Assembly (NCBI RefSeq): GCF_000142905.1
Contig: NW_013657675.1
Coordinates: 186,001 to 250,000, forward strand
Direction: 5' to 3'
Source of the DNA: Thecamonas trahens ATCC 50062
Lineage: Eukaryota > Protista > Apusomonadida
DNA: 64,000 nucleotides
The notes below the pieces were generated by a model. The model was given only the letters and a program-made list of their open reading frames with translations. It was not told where the DNA came from and did no database searches. Positions 10,766 through 21,843 of the stretch are shown one piece after another (positions within the stretch are counted from its first letter, which is position 1; every line of letters starts with the position of its first letter). The translations under genes were made by a program, and so were the position numbers.

Positions 10766-11513
10766 CCTACACTCTGCTCAACTCGTGTTGTGCCGGGCTG
10801 CGCAGCACGGCCTCGCTCCGACTGGCGTGGAAAGGGCGACGAGCCGGTGGTAGACAGATACAGGAGCGAACACGAGTTCTAGTGCCCGCGACAAGTGGTG
10901 GGCAAGAGATGCCCTTCCCCAGTGCCCGCCATCTAGGTGCGGGACAGTCACGATAGCGTCGGTGCGGAGCCTGCGGCGAGTTGCTGCCGAATGGCGCCAC
11001 CACGGCGGCTGGTCGAACCTTCGACAGATCATCGCCCACGTCATCATGACCGATGCATCTTTTCCCGGCACCTACAATGCTGTAACCACGTTGGACCCAA
11101 GTATCAACTATGTCAAGCTATCTACGTCGGGAGGACTGCCGATCATTGCCGGGCAGCGCTTGCGAGCAGCGCTTGTGAGGCAGGCCTCCTCGCTGGGCAC
11201 CCACCACACGCACGCACGCGCATCACTTTGTCTCCATCCGATCCGAGCAGCGCTCGAACCCCATCCTCACTCCCATATCCATATCCATTCTTCACCCTCC
11301 CATACACCGCACATATGCCATTCTCTGAGCCCCCCCCCCCCTCCCCCCCTCCCCACAATCACGCCCACCCCGCAATTCTGTTGACCAGCAACGCCAACCA
11401 CCCGACCACTCACAGGACCACGCAATCTCAAGTCGGGGACTCCTTCCACCCCTCCCCCCCCCCCCCCCTCCCCCCCTCCCCTCCCCCCCCGCCTCCCTCC
11501 CCCCACCTCCCTC

Positions 11514-11613
11514 NNNNNNNNNNNNNNNNNNNNNNNNNNNNNNNNNNNNNNNNNNNNNNNNNNNNNNNNNNNNNNNNNNNNNNNNNNNNNNNNNNNNNNN
11601 NNNNNNNNNNNNN
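11514..11613. other. Assembly gap (N run)
   Basis: 100 Ns flanked by poly-C. Confidence 1.
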
Positions 11614-11755
11614 CTGGGGTGCGCGCGCTCATAAAAATTTTTACAGAAAAAGAGCCCCCCCCCCCCCCCCCACAAAAACCCCCAGGGGCCCCCCCCTCCC
11701 CCCGCGCGCCGCCGCCTGCCTGGGGCAACCCCTCCATCCTCCCCGCGGGCGCAGC

Positions 11756-12996
11756 ATGGACTCGCTGCTCCACGTCCGGCTACAGGTGCGACGGACAACG
11801 AGTCTCAGCCACAACGCAGCTCGGTTCAAGGGCTTCCCCGCCAGTCCCTGCGTGTATGTTGTCGTCCGCTACTGCGACAACGCGGTGACACGGACCAACA
11901 AGCTCTCGACATCGCTCCCTGTCTGGCTCGACACGGCCTCGGCTGCCTCGGCTGCCTCGGTCTCCAAGCGCCATCCGGCCGTGGCGAGCTTCATGGCTCA
12001 TTCGACCGACGCGCCACTCGCTTTTGAGCTTGTTGCTGCCAAACGGCTGCGAAGGACGTTGTGCTCGCCCGCGCAGAGTGCGCTGTCGGCGATCTAGTTC
12101 CTGGCGCAGAGTGCTCGCTCCCGCTAGTCTCGCTCCTGCCGCCGGCTTCCAATGCTGAGTCGGCCTTGGGCGGCCCAGCCGCGAACCTCGTCGCCGACCT
12201 CATCGTCTTTGTAGTGCCATCGAATGACGCCGTCATGACCCCACTCGATGCCGAGGAGCTCGACGCCATCTCCACCACTGATCTTTTTGCCTCGGGCGCT
12301 GCCGTCCAAACCGCTCGTGCCGCCGCCCACGTTCGCATCAAGGCCTCGGCCGCCGCCGCTGCCTCGAGCTTTGACGGCAGCCCGCAGAAGCTTCCGCCCC
12401 CGCTTCGTGCCCGCCTCGATCAAGTCTTTGACATGCTTGCCGGCGGAAGCTCGTCCTTTAAGCTCAAACACGCCCTCACCTACATGCGCCACGCGTCCGC
12501 CGTCTCCTCGCTCCATGCCTCGGTGCCTGCCGAGTCTGCTGCCGCCGGCCTCATGGCCTACTTTGGCGTCCGCTCGTCGCGTGGCAAGGTCTCACGCGGC
12601 AAATGGCTAGAAGGCCTATGCAAGGCCTCCATCGGCGCCTCTATTGACGACACTGGTGTCGCAAAGGGGCTCTCGTGGTTCAATGTCTTCTTTCCACTCC
12701 CGCCACCCACCCAACCGCCGTCGGACCCCGGCCCCGACTCGGGCTCGCGAGAGCGTGCCCCGTCGTCATCATCGTCGTCGTCATCGTCGACATCGTCATC
12801 GTCGTCAGCATCATCGTCACCAGCATCATCGTCACCAGCATCATCATCGCAGGCTGGGGCAGCAGCAGCGGCTGTTGCAGCCATTCCGCATGAGCCCGAC
12901 TCCGGCTTTGCCTCGGCCTCGTCGCCGGCGCAGTCCTCGTCAGACTCGGCCTCTGCCATCTCGTCCAGTTCGGACACCTGGGAGCTCGACTCTTAG
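11756..12996 (+). CDS. C2-domain protein with degenerate EF-hand-like region; apparent one-base frameshift near 12052
   Basis: MDSLLHVRLQV...PCVYVVVRY...TRTNKLSTSLPVW...LAFELVAAKRLR continues in another frame as KDVVLARAECAVGDL, completing a C2 pattern. The gene may begin upstream, in the gap. Confidence 0.6.
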
Positions 12997-12997
12997 C

Positions 12998-15900
12998 TCA
13001 TGCCAGTGGTTGATGCCGCTTACGCTCACCAACCTCCAGCACCGACTCCTCATCCCGCCTCCGCTTCCGTTTGCGGCTTCCTTCTCCGCAGAGCCCATCC
13101 AGGCTGAGCTTGGCCAGGTCTTGCTTTCGCGACCACCGAGCGCCAAACGCTGACGGCGTCACATGCGCTGAAGGGTGATCTGCCACGCAGAGCCACACCG
13201 ACGGCCGATCGTCACTTGCGCCATCTGCTGCGCCTGCAGGCAGTGGCATCACCGTCGCCAGCGCAGCCGTTAGCGCACGCGGTCCGGCTACCGCCACGTC
13301 CGCCACAGACGGCAGCTTGGCCACCCGGTCCATCCATGCCTCCACCGCACGCGTCGGCGACTTGGCCACTGCTGCGGCGTCGAGGACCACAGAGTGCACG
13401 TACGCCGCAATCGCATCGAGCAGTACGGCTTGTTCGATGCGAGCCAGCCGAGGAGCGCCCACGCCGAGGAGCGCACTCAACCCGGCGAGAGCTGCATCCG
13501 GCGAGAGCCGTGCCCGAGGTACAGCAATGCTTGCCAGCAGCGCCCGGCTCGCGTCAGCCTCCTCACCGCCGCCTCCACTCGCTGCCGCCTCCGCCAGCGC
13601 CCTGAAATCGAGCGCGTCCACTCCAGACCCACCCACCGCCATAACGCGAGAGAGGACCGACACTGCAAGCGCATCGAGACTCAGAGCGGCATTCACCACA
13701 GCGCCCAACAGTCTCGGCTGGAGCGCGATGACCCCCAGCCCAGCTACGCTACAGCATCGAGCCACCGCCCGCCACACTTGGTCGAGCGCAGAAGAGTCTG
13801 CGACCTGGGCCACAGCAGCGACCATCGCTTCCGATGACCAGAGCCCCAGCGGATCTGCGCGTGCCGCCACAAGCTCGGCCGCAGTAGCGGCACTCTGCCC
13901 CGCAAGCTTGGCCAGGAGCTCAACGCCGCTGCCATCCCCGATTGCCGCCTCCATAAACTCAGTGCGATCGACATCGGTCTCAGATGCTGACCAGAACGCG
14001 TCACGCACAAGCGGCACGTCGAGCACCTCGCCCAGACGCGGCACACCCTTGACAAGCGCCGCCAGCTCCGTCCTCGGTACAGCTCCCAGAAGAACAGCCA
14101 GCACAGGCTCGTCGATGTCCAGCTTTGAGTCGCGGAGCGAGAGTGCTGGCGCATCACTCACGCTCACCGCATGAACCAGGCTGGCCAGCCCGAGGCCTGC
14201 CGCGAGATACACGCCATCCTTGAGCTGCGGACCGCGGCCGGGCGCAAGATTGGCCATCGCCGCCGAAAACGCGCCCGCGACTCCCTCGGTGCCAGCCTCT
14301 TCTGCCAGCCCGCCCAGGACGCCGCAGCAGAGCCCAAGACATGCACGACTGCCTTCAGCCATCGCTTCGACCACAGAAGCCACTGCGGCGCTCGGGTCGA
14401 CCCCTGTGAGCGCCGCCTCCACCTTGCCACGGGACGCCATCGCCAGTGCCGCCACCAGCTCTGGGTTCGGCCCGACGCAAGGGAGCGGGTCGCGGCTAGA
14501 GCTACTGGAGCAACGTTCGACTCCAAACGCCCGCATCAGCGCCTTGATCCACACACGGACGAATCCAGCTTCGAGCCATGGGCCCGGAGCAGCACTGCGG
14601 TCGGGCATTGGGCTCGAGATGGCCGGCAGCGCGGCTGCGCGCGCAAGCGTCGACACCACCTCGGCTGTCGGCGCCTCCACCAGCTCATGGACAACGACCG
14701 GGACCAAATTGTCGTCCGGCGCGAGGCCGGCCACCAAACTCGCCACAAGCGCACTTGGCGCAGCCGCCAGCCGGCGAGCCTCGTTCTTGCGCACAGTCAG
14801 ACTCAGAAGCTTGGCGCGGCGCTCACGATTGGCGGCCGCGATGGGGTCGGCATCAAGCGGAAAGGCCATAAGAAGGTCAGCTGGCCAAGAGTCCCAGCGC
14901 GGCGAGTCGCGCGAGAGCTGCTGCGCCGTGCACGCCCGGTCGAGCGCAGCATAGTCGAACAGCCCGCGGCTCGCAAGCACCCCATACAAAACAAGCAGCC
15001 GGTGGAGGGGCGCCGTGGAGCGAGAGTCAAAGAGCGGGCGGCCGACGGCGTGAAGGCTCTCCAGCAGTGCCACATGCAGGTGCTTCGACCGCACATCGCG
15101 CGCGCGGACAAACGACGCTAGTGCTCCTGCCACGCTGATGCACCGCGCACGCAGCGTGTCTTCGGTCGACTGCGCCGGCGTCTTGCACTCGACTAGCCAG
15201 CGGACAAGGATGCCGACAGCATCCGGGAGCGCACGGCTCTTCCCCCAAGCCAGCACGGCGTCGTCGATCCGACGCGACTGCGAAGTGAGGATTTGAGCAA
15301 GCGTTGGCGGAGGCGGCACGCTCTTGGTTAACGGCTGCGTCCCTTCCGGTTTCCCAAACAGCGTCGCGCGCGCGTTCGCCACCGGCGCGTAGGCGGCGGT
15401 GAGCGAGAGAAAGCCGTGTGTAGACTGCGCCGCCGGTGGATCAGACCCTAGCAGGGACGCATCCAGCAGCGGTGCCGGCGCATACACAAAGAGGCGACTT
15501 GCTCGCAAGACAAGGGTGTGGACAACGGCGCGGGCGGCGGTTATGGGCGAGTGTGGAGTCGGCGCGGCCCGTGCCAGATCGGCCATCCCCTTCAGCGTCG
15601 TTTGCAGCAAGAGCTGCGCGAGGTGGCTCTGTGCCACAAACTCAGGTAGAAAGACCGAGATGAGCGAGTACGCGGCGGCAAACGTGACGGACATCGAGCC
15701 TCCGGGCGGCAGGAGATACTCGATCTTGTCCGGTGCCACCGCTCCCGCGAGCGTGCCGGGGCGATCGCAGAACGCCTTGGCCGCCTCGGAGAGCGCAGCT
15801 TCGGAGGCAAGAACGGTCGACCAAATCTGGTTGAGCGAGCGGAGCCAGTAGTCGAGGCTCAGCATGCCGACCTCGGCATGGAGCGCAAGCGCGAGGTCGA

Positions 15901-16648
15901 CGGTGTACGCCCACATTTCGGTGGCATGTGGCGACGCGTCGACGCTGCCGCGGCCCGTCGCCTGTGGGGCGGCGTTCTCGGACAGCAGAGAGTTGGACTT
16001 GAGCGGCAGAGAGATGTCCTTGGCGACTTCGCCTCCAGGCTCGGAAAAGAACGACTTGATGTAGAGCGCAAGCTTTTTGGTCAGATCCAGCGAGCGGAGC
16101 GGATCGGTCGCCTGGGCGCGGGCAAAGTGGGCACGGAGGAGCCAGAGCGCACGGAGCCGCGGGACCCGCGACCGCGCGAGCGCGTAGAAGATGTTGCCCG
16201 ACTGAATGCCGCGCGGGATAAAGGTGAGCGAGGCGAGCGGGACGGTGCGTGGCGGCTGGGCGAGCCGATTCATAAACAAGACAGCGTTGGACGCTGCTGC
16301 CTTGGGCAGCGCCTCGAGTGCTGCGACAGCATCGGCCGGCTGTGTCGGCTCAACCAGCGGCGGCGGGCGGCTTGCGATGGCGGCGTCGAGCTCGGCGCGC
16401 GCCGGCCCGAGCTTGGTCGGCAGCGGGGCATCGGCGTGGCGGCAACGGATCTGCATCGAGCCGAGCCGCGGTAGCGGCGGGCGGTAGCCCTTGGCCACAT
16501 TCTCCTTGGTCACCGCACACTCGGCTGTGTCGAGTGCCAGAGGATAGACGTCGCCGTACACCGGGCCAGCCCGCCCGAACCGGAGCAGCGGGGCGTGGGC
16601 CACCGGGGCTTCCCGCCACGGGTGTGCCGCAAAGTAGTGCTTGCTCAT
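12998..16648 (-). CDS. MED12: Mediator subunit 12 (divergent)
   Basis: N-terminal GDVYP...VTKENVAKGY and FMNRLA...LASL..IPRG...FYALARSRVPRLRALWLLR match the Med12 N-terminal domain. Confidence 0.8.
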   Translation of the reverse strand: MSKHYFAAHPWREAPVAHAPLLRFGRAGPVYGDVYPLALDTAECAVTKENVAKGYRPPLPRLGSMQIRCRHADAPLPTKLGPARAELDAAIASRPPPLVEPTQPADAVAALEALPKAAASNAVLFMNRLAQPPRTVPLASLTFIPRGIQSGNIFYALARSRVPRLRALWLLRAHFARAQATDPLRSLDLTKKLALYIKSFFSEPGGEVAKDISLPLKSNSLLSENAAPQATGRGSVDASPHATEMWAYTVDLALALHAEVGMLSLDYWLRSLNQIWSTVLASEAALSEAAKAFCDRPGTLAGAVAPDKIEYLLPPGGSMSVTFAAAYSLISVFLPEFVAQSHLAQLLLQTTLKGMADLARAAPTPHSPITAARAVVHTLVLRASRLFVYAPAPLLDASLLGSDPPAAQSTHGFLSLTAAYAPVANARATLFGKPEGTQPLTKSVPPPPTLAQILTSQSRRIDDAVLAWGKSRALPDAVGILVRWLVECKTPAQSTEDTLRARCISVAGALASFVRARDVRSKHLHVALLESLHAVGRPLFDSRSTAPLHRLLVLYGVLASRGLFDYAALDRACTAQQLSRDSPRWDSWPADLLMAFPLDADPIAAANRERRAKLLSLTVRKNEARRLAAAPSALVASLVAGLAPDDNLVPVVVHELVEAPTAEVVSTLARAAALPAISSPMPDRSAAPGPWLEAGFVRVWIKALMRAFGVERCSSSSSRDPLPCVGPNPELVAALAMASRGKVEAALTGVDPSAAVASVVEAMAEGSRACLGLCCGVLGGLAEEAGTEGVAGAFSAAMANLAPGRGPQLKDGVYLAAGLGLASLVHAVSVSDAPALSLRDSKLDIDEPVLAVLLGAVPRTELAALVKGVPRLGEVLDVPLVRDAFWSASETDVDRTEFMEAAIGDGSGVELLAKLAGQSAATAAELVAARADPLGLWSSEAMVAAVAQVADSSALDQVWRAVARCCSVAGLGVIALQPRLLGAVVNAALSLDALAVSVLSRVMAVGGSGVDALDFRALAEAAASGGGGEEADASRALLASIAVPRARLSPDAALAGLSALLGVGAPRLARIEQAVLLDAIAAYVHSVVLDAAAVAKSPTRAVEAWMDRVAKLPSVADVAVAGPRALTAALATVMPLPAGAADGASDDRPSVWLCVADHPSAHVTPSAFGARWSRKQDLAKLSLDGLCGEGSRKRKRRRDEESVLEVGERKRHQPLA

Positions 16649-17132
16649 TATCCGCTAGCCACAGTGGCGAGTCGTGTGTCCTCCCGCCCCCCTCCCCTCC
16701 CTTCTTCACACCCTCGGCCACTCACCGACTGCAAAAGGGGACATCCGTCGTTCGTTTCGGCTGGCAGGCGACCGACCGAGCCGAGCCGAGCCGGGCGGAC
16801 CGAACCGAGCGGACCGAACCGAGCGGCCATTGCCCGCTGCGAAACGACCCGTGGCCAACTCCAGCCACCTCCGCCACCACCACCTCAGCCGCCCCCCGGG
16901 CAGCCGTCTACACCCCTCCTCCCCTCGCAGTTAAGATGACTCGGAGGTGCGCATAGGCATCGTCGGGGGTGTGGGAAGGGGACTTGGCAGGGTTACGTCC
17001 ACTCACTCTGTCTTTGAATCTATATACGCCGCCGACCGTGCCGCTATATGGCAGTCTGCTCCCGACTCGACAGCGCCTGGAAGGCCTGTCTAGAACTGGA
17101 CGTTTCGACCTTGACTTCGGTGCCACTAAGCG

Positions 17133-17232
17133 NNNNNNNNNNNNNNNNNNNNNNNNNNNNNNNNNNNNNNNNNNNNNNNNNNNNNNNNNNNNNNNNNNNN
17201 NNNNNNNNNNNNNNNNNNNNNNNNNNNNNNNN
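17133..17232. other. Assembly gap (N run)
   Basis: 100 Ns followed by poly-C. Confidence 1.
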
Positions 17233-17369
17233 CCCCTACCACGCCCCGGCCCCCCGGGCCCACGCCCGTCCTACCACCCCCTCCCCCTCCCCCCCCCCCC
17301 CCCCCCCCCCCTCCCCCCCCACCCACCCCACCCCACCCTACCCCTCCCCTCCCCACCTCCCTCCCTCCC

Positions 17370-18579
17370 ATGGCCTCCACCCCCACCAGCTCGTCCTCCG
17401 ACGACGGGGTCCCGGCTCACCTGTCCACAGACGCCCGCGGGCACATTGTCTCGGTTGCCCGCTGCCACACCAAAGCCCACAATGGCCGGCCGGACTCGTT
17501 CTTCGACTCGTCCCGCTTCAACGTACGTCGCACTCCTTCCTCGCCCTTCCCCTCCTTTCATCACCACCTCCTCGCTCACCTCCTCCCGCCTCCCCTCCGT
17601 CACGCTCCCCGCGTAGATCCGATGGGTCGGCACCTCGGGCGTGCTCATCAAGCACAAGGTCGGACACGGACACTTTGGCGACGTGTTTCTGGCGGCGGAA
17701 GAAGAGACCGATCGGCCATGCGTGATCAAGGTGCTGAAGCCGGTCAAGCGCGACAAGATCAACCGCGAGATCATGTTCCTTGAACACCTCAAGGGCGGCG
17801 TCAACATTGTGGAGCTGATGGCGTGCGTCAAGGTGCCCAGCTCACGGCTCAAGTGCCTCGTCTTTGAGTACATCCACTCGCCGGACTTTAAGGTCCTGTA
17901 CCCCACCTTTTCCGACCTGCAAATCCGGTACTATATGTACGAGCTCGTCCGTGGCCTCGAGTACACCCACTCGCAAGGCATCATGCACCGCGACATCAAG
18001 CCGCTCAACGTGCTCATCGACCCCAAGGAGCACAAAGTCCGGCTCATCGACTGGGGCCTTGCCGAGTTTTACTTTCCGGGTAAGCCCATCCGCAAGTGGC
18101 CCGGGACCCGGTGCTACAAGTCGCCTGAACTCCTGCTCAACTACGAGTACTACGACTACTCGGTCGACATGTGGGCGCTCGGCTGCATGTTCGGCGGCAT
18201 GATCCTGCTGAAGCACCCGCTCTTTCGCGGCCGCCACACCAACGCAAACCAGATGGCCGCTATCGTCAAGATCCTCGGCACCGCTCCGTTCCTCGCCTAC
18301 ACCGAAAAGTACAAGATCAAGCTCTCGCAGGACATCGTCGCCGAGCTCAAAAAGTCGCGCGGCAAGCCGTGGGAGACCATGATTTCCAAGAAGAACCGTC
18401 ATCTCGCCTCGCCCGAGGCTCTCGACCTTCTCACTAAGCTCTGCCTCTACGACCACCACGAGCGCATCACTGCTGCCGAGGCGCTCGAGCACCCGTACTT
18501 TGATCCTGTCCGCGACGGCATGCCCGCCGAGCTCGCCGCCTCGCTCTCTGTCGGTCCATCAGCTCCTGACCGTGCCTAG
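17370..18579 (+). CDS. Casein kinase II alpha-like kinase (divergent), two exons 17370-17522 and 17617-18579
   Basis: HRDIKPLN, CK2-specific DWGLAEFY, KVLKPVK..KI.REI, YDYSVDMW. Splicing joins a CK2-like N-terminus (SVAR....RPDSFFD) in frame. Confidence 0.9.
17523..17616 (+). other. Spliceosomal intron (94 nt, phase 0)
   Basis: GTACGT donor, C/T-rich body, CTCAC branch-like motif, CGTAG acceptor; removal restores the frame. Confidence 0.85.
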
Positions 18580-18878
18580 ATGCAATACCTCTCATGAGCA
18601 GCCGTGAACATATAGAGTCATGTTATTAAAGAGTGCAATGTGAGAATGCCCTTGCCCACCCACCCACCCACCCGCCCGCCGTGCCGGGCTCGACTCGGCA
18701 CGGCGGCCAACGGCCAGCCAGCCAGCCACACCAACGCCCACCCACCCATCACCGCCACACGCACACTCCCCAACACTCAACCGCCACTTTTGTCCACCAC
18801 CCCCCACCCCCCTCCCACCCTCGCCCGCTCTCCCCACACCACCACCTATACTCTCGTGCGGCAGACGGCCTCCGGGCG

Positions 18879-21743
18879 ATGAGCGTGGATGTGTCCGAGG
18901 CGTCGGCGCAGCTCGCGTCGGTGCTGGCGGAGATCAACGCGGCCGTGGCCGACGGCTCGCTCTCCCCCGACTTTGCCACCAAGCTCTCTGACGTCTACAC
19001 CCGCGGGCATGCTGCGCTCCTCAAGAGCTTTGCTGCCGAGCAGAGCTATCTCAAAAAGGCCAAGCGGCTCAACCTCGAGCTGGCCGAGCAAAAGGGCCCC
19101 GCCGCGGTTGCGGCGGGCGACGGCGGCGTGGGCGACGACGCCGACAACGGCGGCGATGGCACCAGCGGTGGCGACAAGGCCGAAAAGAAGGAGTCCGGCG
19201 TGGAGGCTGCCACCAGGGAGCTTTTGCAGCACAAGCTTGATCTCGACCTTGCCGAGTCCCGGATCCAGACGCTCATGCTCACCATCGAGCAGCTCGAGCT
19301 CGAGCATGCCGAGGTCAAGGCCGAGTACGAGACGCTGAGGGCGGCCGAGGTGGCCGAAGTCCGACCGGCGTTTGAGCGCGATCGCAAGGCAGTGCAAGCG
19401 CTCGAGAAAGAGGCTACTCAGCGGCGGAGCCAGATCCAGAACCTCAAGCGGACCAAAGCGCAGCTGCTGGAGGACGCGTCGGCCGCGATCAAGGCCAAGG
19501 CCTCGTACGCCTCGGTCCAGAAGCAGCTCCAGTCGGAGCTCGCCAAGCACCGTGACGAGGCTGCCAACATCGAGGCTGCCACACGGGTCTTTCGCAAGAA
19601 CATGGCCGAGCTCTCGGAAGAGGCCACACGCCGCGACGCCTCCGTCGCCAAGCTCACTGCTGAGGAGGCGCGGCTGCTGAAGGAGCTTGAGGAGGCCAAG
19701 ACCGAAGCGGCCCAGGCCAAGTTTGCTGCAGCCAACTACGCGTCGACGTACAAGGAAGTTGAGCGCGCAGTAGAGGACGTCGAGTCGGATTTGACCAAGG
19801 CCAACGCGCAAGTCCGCATTCTCGACGAGCACCTCGCCGACATGGCGCTTCATGCCAAGGAACTCTCGTTTGAGGCGACCAAGACGCACGAAAAGCTGAC
19901 CAAGCTCAAGCGGGAAAAGGCATCGACGCTCAAAGCGCTGGTGCGGGTCCAGGCTGACGTTGACTCTACCCGCGCACAGACGATGGATCTCGAGATGCAG
20001 AAGTCCGAGCTGGCATCCAAGGTCCGTGCTTTGCAGAGCTCAATGGACTCTGCCCAAAAGCAGGCAGCCAAGGCGGCGGTCGAGGTCGACTGGTACATCT
20101 ACGACTTTTTCAACGAGGAGCTGCTGGGTCAGGCCAAGGCTGCCCAGGTCAAGGCACTGTACGAGGAGAACCGCGCGCTGGAGCGCGAGCTCGCTGCACT
20201 GCACACCAAAGAGAAGAGCTTGCTCGCCGTCCAGAAGGACCTGGTGATGAAGAACGACAACTTGGCGCGGTCGTGCACCCAGCTGGCGTCGCAGCTGAAG
20301 GAGGCTGAGGTGAAAAAGGCCATGCACGCCATGGCCGTTGCTGACTTTTCAAAGTCGACGACCCAGGTGGCCAAGCGGTACAAGTACTACGAGAAGCTGT
20401 TCAACACGGTGAAGAACGAGCGTAACCGGTCGGTCAACGCCCTTCAACAGCTCCACCAGGAGGCCGCAGAGTATAAGGAGAAGCTCAAGGTGCTGGCAAA
20501 CGAGATCGAGATCCTGCGCGCCGAGATCACCGCCAAGGACAAGGAGTATGTGGCCAACAACCTCGCGTTCAAGAACGCGTGCACCCAGCTCGATGCGCTG
20601 ACCATCGAAGTCAACAAGTTTCTGTTCGAGTACAAGAAAAAGCGCGACGCCATCGACCAGCAGCTCGCCGAGGTCGAGCGGCTCAACTCGGCTATCAACT
20701 CTGCCGAGGCTGCCATGCTCAAGCTGAAGACCCAGTACGAGGCCGCTGTTGAAGACCGCAACTTTACCGGCATCCAGCTCATCGACCGCAACGACGAGCT
20801 GTGCATCCTCTACGAGAAGGCCAACTTTCAGGACCGCGTCCTCCGCACCGGAGAGCTCGAGCTTCGTGACCGCGAAGAAGAAGTCCGCCTGTACAAGCTG
20901 CAGCAAAACGAGCTCCATCGGCGCGTCCATGCCAAGCAGTCGCTTGTCTCGCGCGAGACCGAGCGGACGCTCCTTGCCGAGATCGAGCGGTCGACTGCCG
21001 AGCTCGAGGCCGAGCAAGCCAAGGTCCAGAAGCTCGCTGTCGATCTCGAGGATCCGTCGAACGAGCTTCGTTGGCGGCCGGTGCCCGGGCGCGACCCGAC
21101 CAAGAAGGAGCTCTACTCGAAGCTCAAGGAGCTCGAGGAGCGGCTGAATGCCAAGGAAGAGGCGCTGCTAGAAAAGTCGCTGGTGCTGGAGGAGATCTCG
21201 GCGCTCTCGCGCCGGCTGCGGACCAAGGCTGCCGACGGACAAGACGACACACTGGCGCTTGCCAAGCAGGTCAACGAGTTCCAAGCCCGCATCCGCACAA
21301 CGACCCGCAAGATGATGGCCACTGTTTCGGAGCTCTCGATGTACCAGGCGACGGCGATGAAGCTCAAGCAAGAGGTGGCTGAGAAAGAGGGACTTCTCGC
21401 CGAGGCCGATGAGCGCATCGAGTCCGGCCTCCCGCCCACCGCTGAAGCCGCCCGCGCCTGGTCGCAGCACCTTGCCGCCCAGCGCCGCGCTGCCCTTGCT
21501 GCAGCCGGCTCGATCGAGGGCGACGACGACATGTACCCCAATGACTGGGAACCAAAGGATGGGCCGCCGACGCGGGCCAAGCCGCGGATCAACGCCTACA
21601 TTCCGCACCACACCACCGGCCTCCTCCCCATTCCGCAGCCGTTCATGTACCCGCGGTTCGAGCCAAGTGTCACTGGCTCTTCGATGCGGCATGTCCGCGC
21701 AGCCAGCGAGAACACGCTTGCCCGCGGCGACGGCGACGAGTAA
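18879..21743 (+). CDS. CCDC146: Flagellar coiled-coil protein CCDC146/MBO2 (CFAP58-related family)
   Basis: RNFTGIQLIDRNDELCILYEKAN, LEDPSN..RWR, RKMMATVSELSMYQ, RINAYIP...LPIPQPF. Confidence 0.85.
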   Translation: MSVDVSEASAQLASVLAEINAAVADGSLSPDFATKLSDVYTRGHAALLKSFAAEQSYLKKAKRLNLELAEQKGPAAVAAGDGGVGDDADNGGDGTSGGDKAEKKESGVEAATRELLQHKLDLDLAESRIQTLMLTIEQLELEHAEVKAEYETLRAAEVAEVRPAFERDRKAVQALEKEATQRRSQIQNLKRTKAQLLEDASAAIKAKASYASVQKQLQSELAKHRDEAANIEAATRVFRKNMAELSEEATRRDASVAKLTAEEARLLKELEEAKTEAAQAKFAAANYASTYKEVERAVEDVESDLTKANAQVRILDEHLADMALHAKELSFEATKTHEKLTKLKREKASTLKALVRVQADVDSTRAQTMDLEMQKSELASKVRALQSSMDSAQKQAAKAAVEVDWYIYDFFNEELLGQAKAAQVKALYEENRALERELAALHTKEKSLLAVQKDLVMKNDNLARSCTQLASQLKEAEVKKAMHAMAVADFSKSTTQVAKRYKYYEKLFNTVKNERNRSVNALQQLHQEAAEYKEKLKVLANEIEILRAEITAKDKEYVANNLAFKNACTQLDALTIEVNKFLFEYKKKRDAIDQQLAEVERLNSAINSAEAAMLKLKTQYEAAVEDRNFTGIQLIDRNDELCILYEKANFQDRVLRTGELELRDREEEVRLYKLQQNELHRRVHAKQSLVSRETERTLLAEIERSTAELEAEQAKVQKLAVDLEDPSNELRWRPVPGRDPTKKELYSKLKELEERLNAKEEALLEKSLVLEEISALSRRLRTKAADGQDDTLALAKQVNEFQARIRTTTRKMMATVSELSMYQATAMKLKQEVAEKEGLLAEADERIESGLPPTAEAARAWSQHLAAQRRAALAAAGSIEGDDDMYPNDWEPKDGPPTRAKPRINAYIPHHTTGLLPIPQPFMYPRFEPSVTGSSMRHVRAASENTLARGDGDE

Positions 21744-21843
21744 AGTTGGCAAACGCAAATACAAGCGAGTGCTAGCCTAGCCGCCGGGCTGGCCGTTGCG
21801 AGACTGCGGCTGCTCGCCACTGCTCTTGTAACATCCGTAAAAA

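Noticed and set aside
10962-11384. ORF with a protein-like stretch (WSNLRQIIAHVIMTDASFPGTYNAV)
   Set aside because: No recognisable motif, weak codon bias, and it runs into poly-C and a gap; cannot be supported.
16930-17132. Possible exon or ncRNA before the gap
   Set aside because: No recognisable RNA structure or protein family; truncated by Ns.
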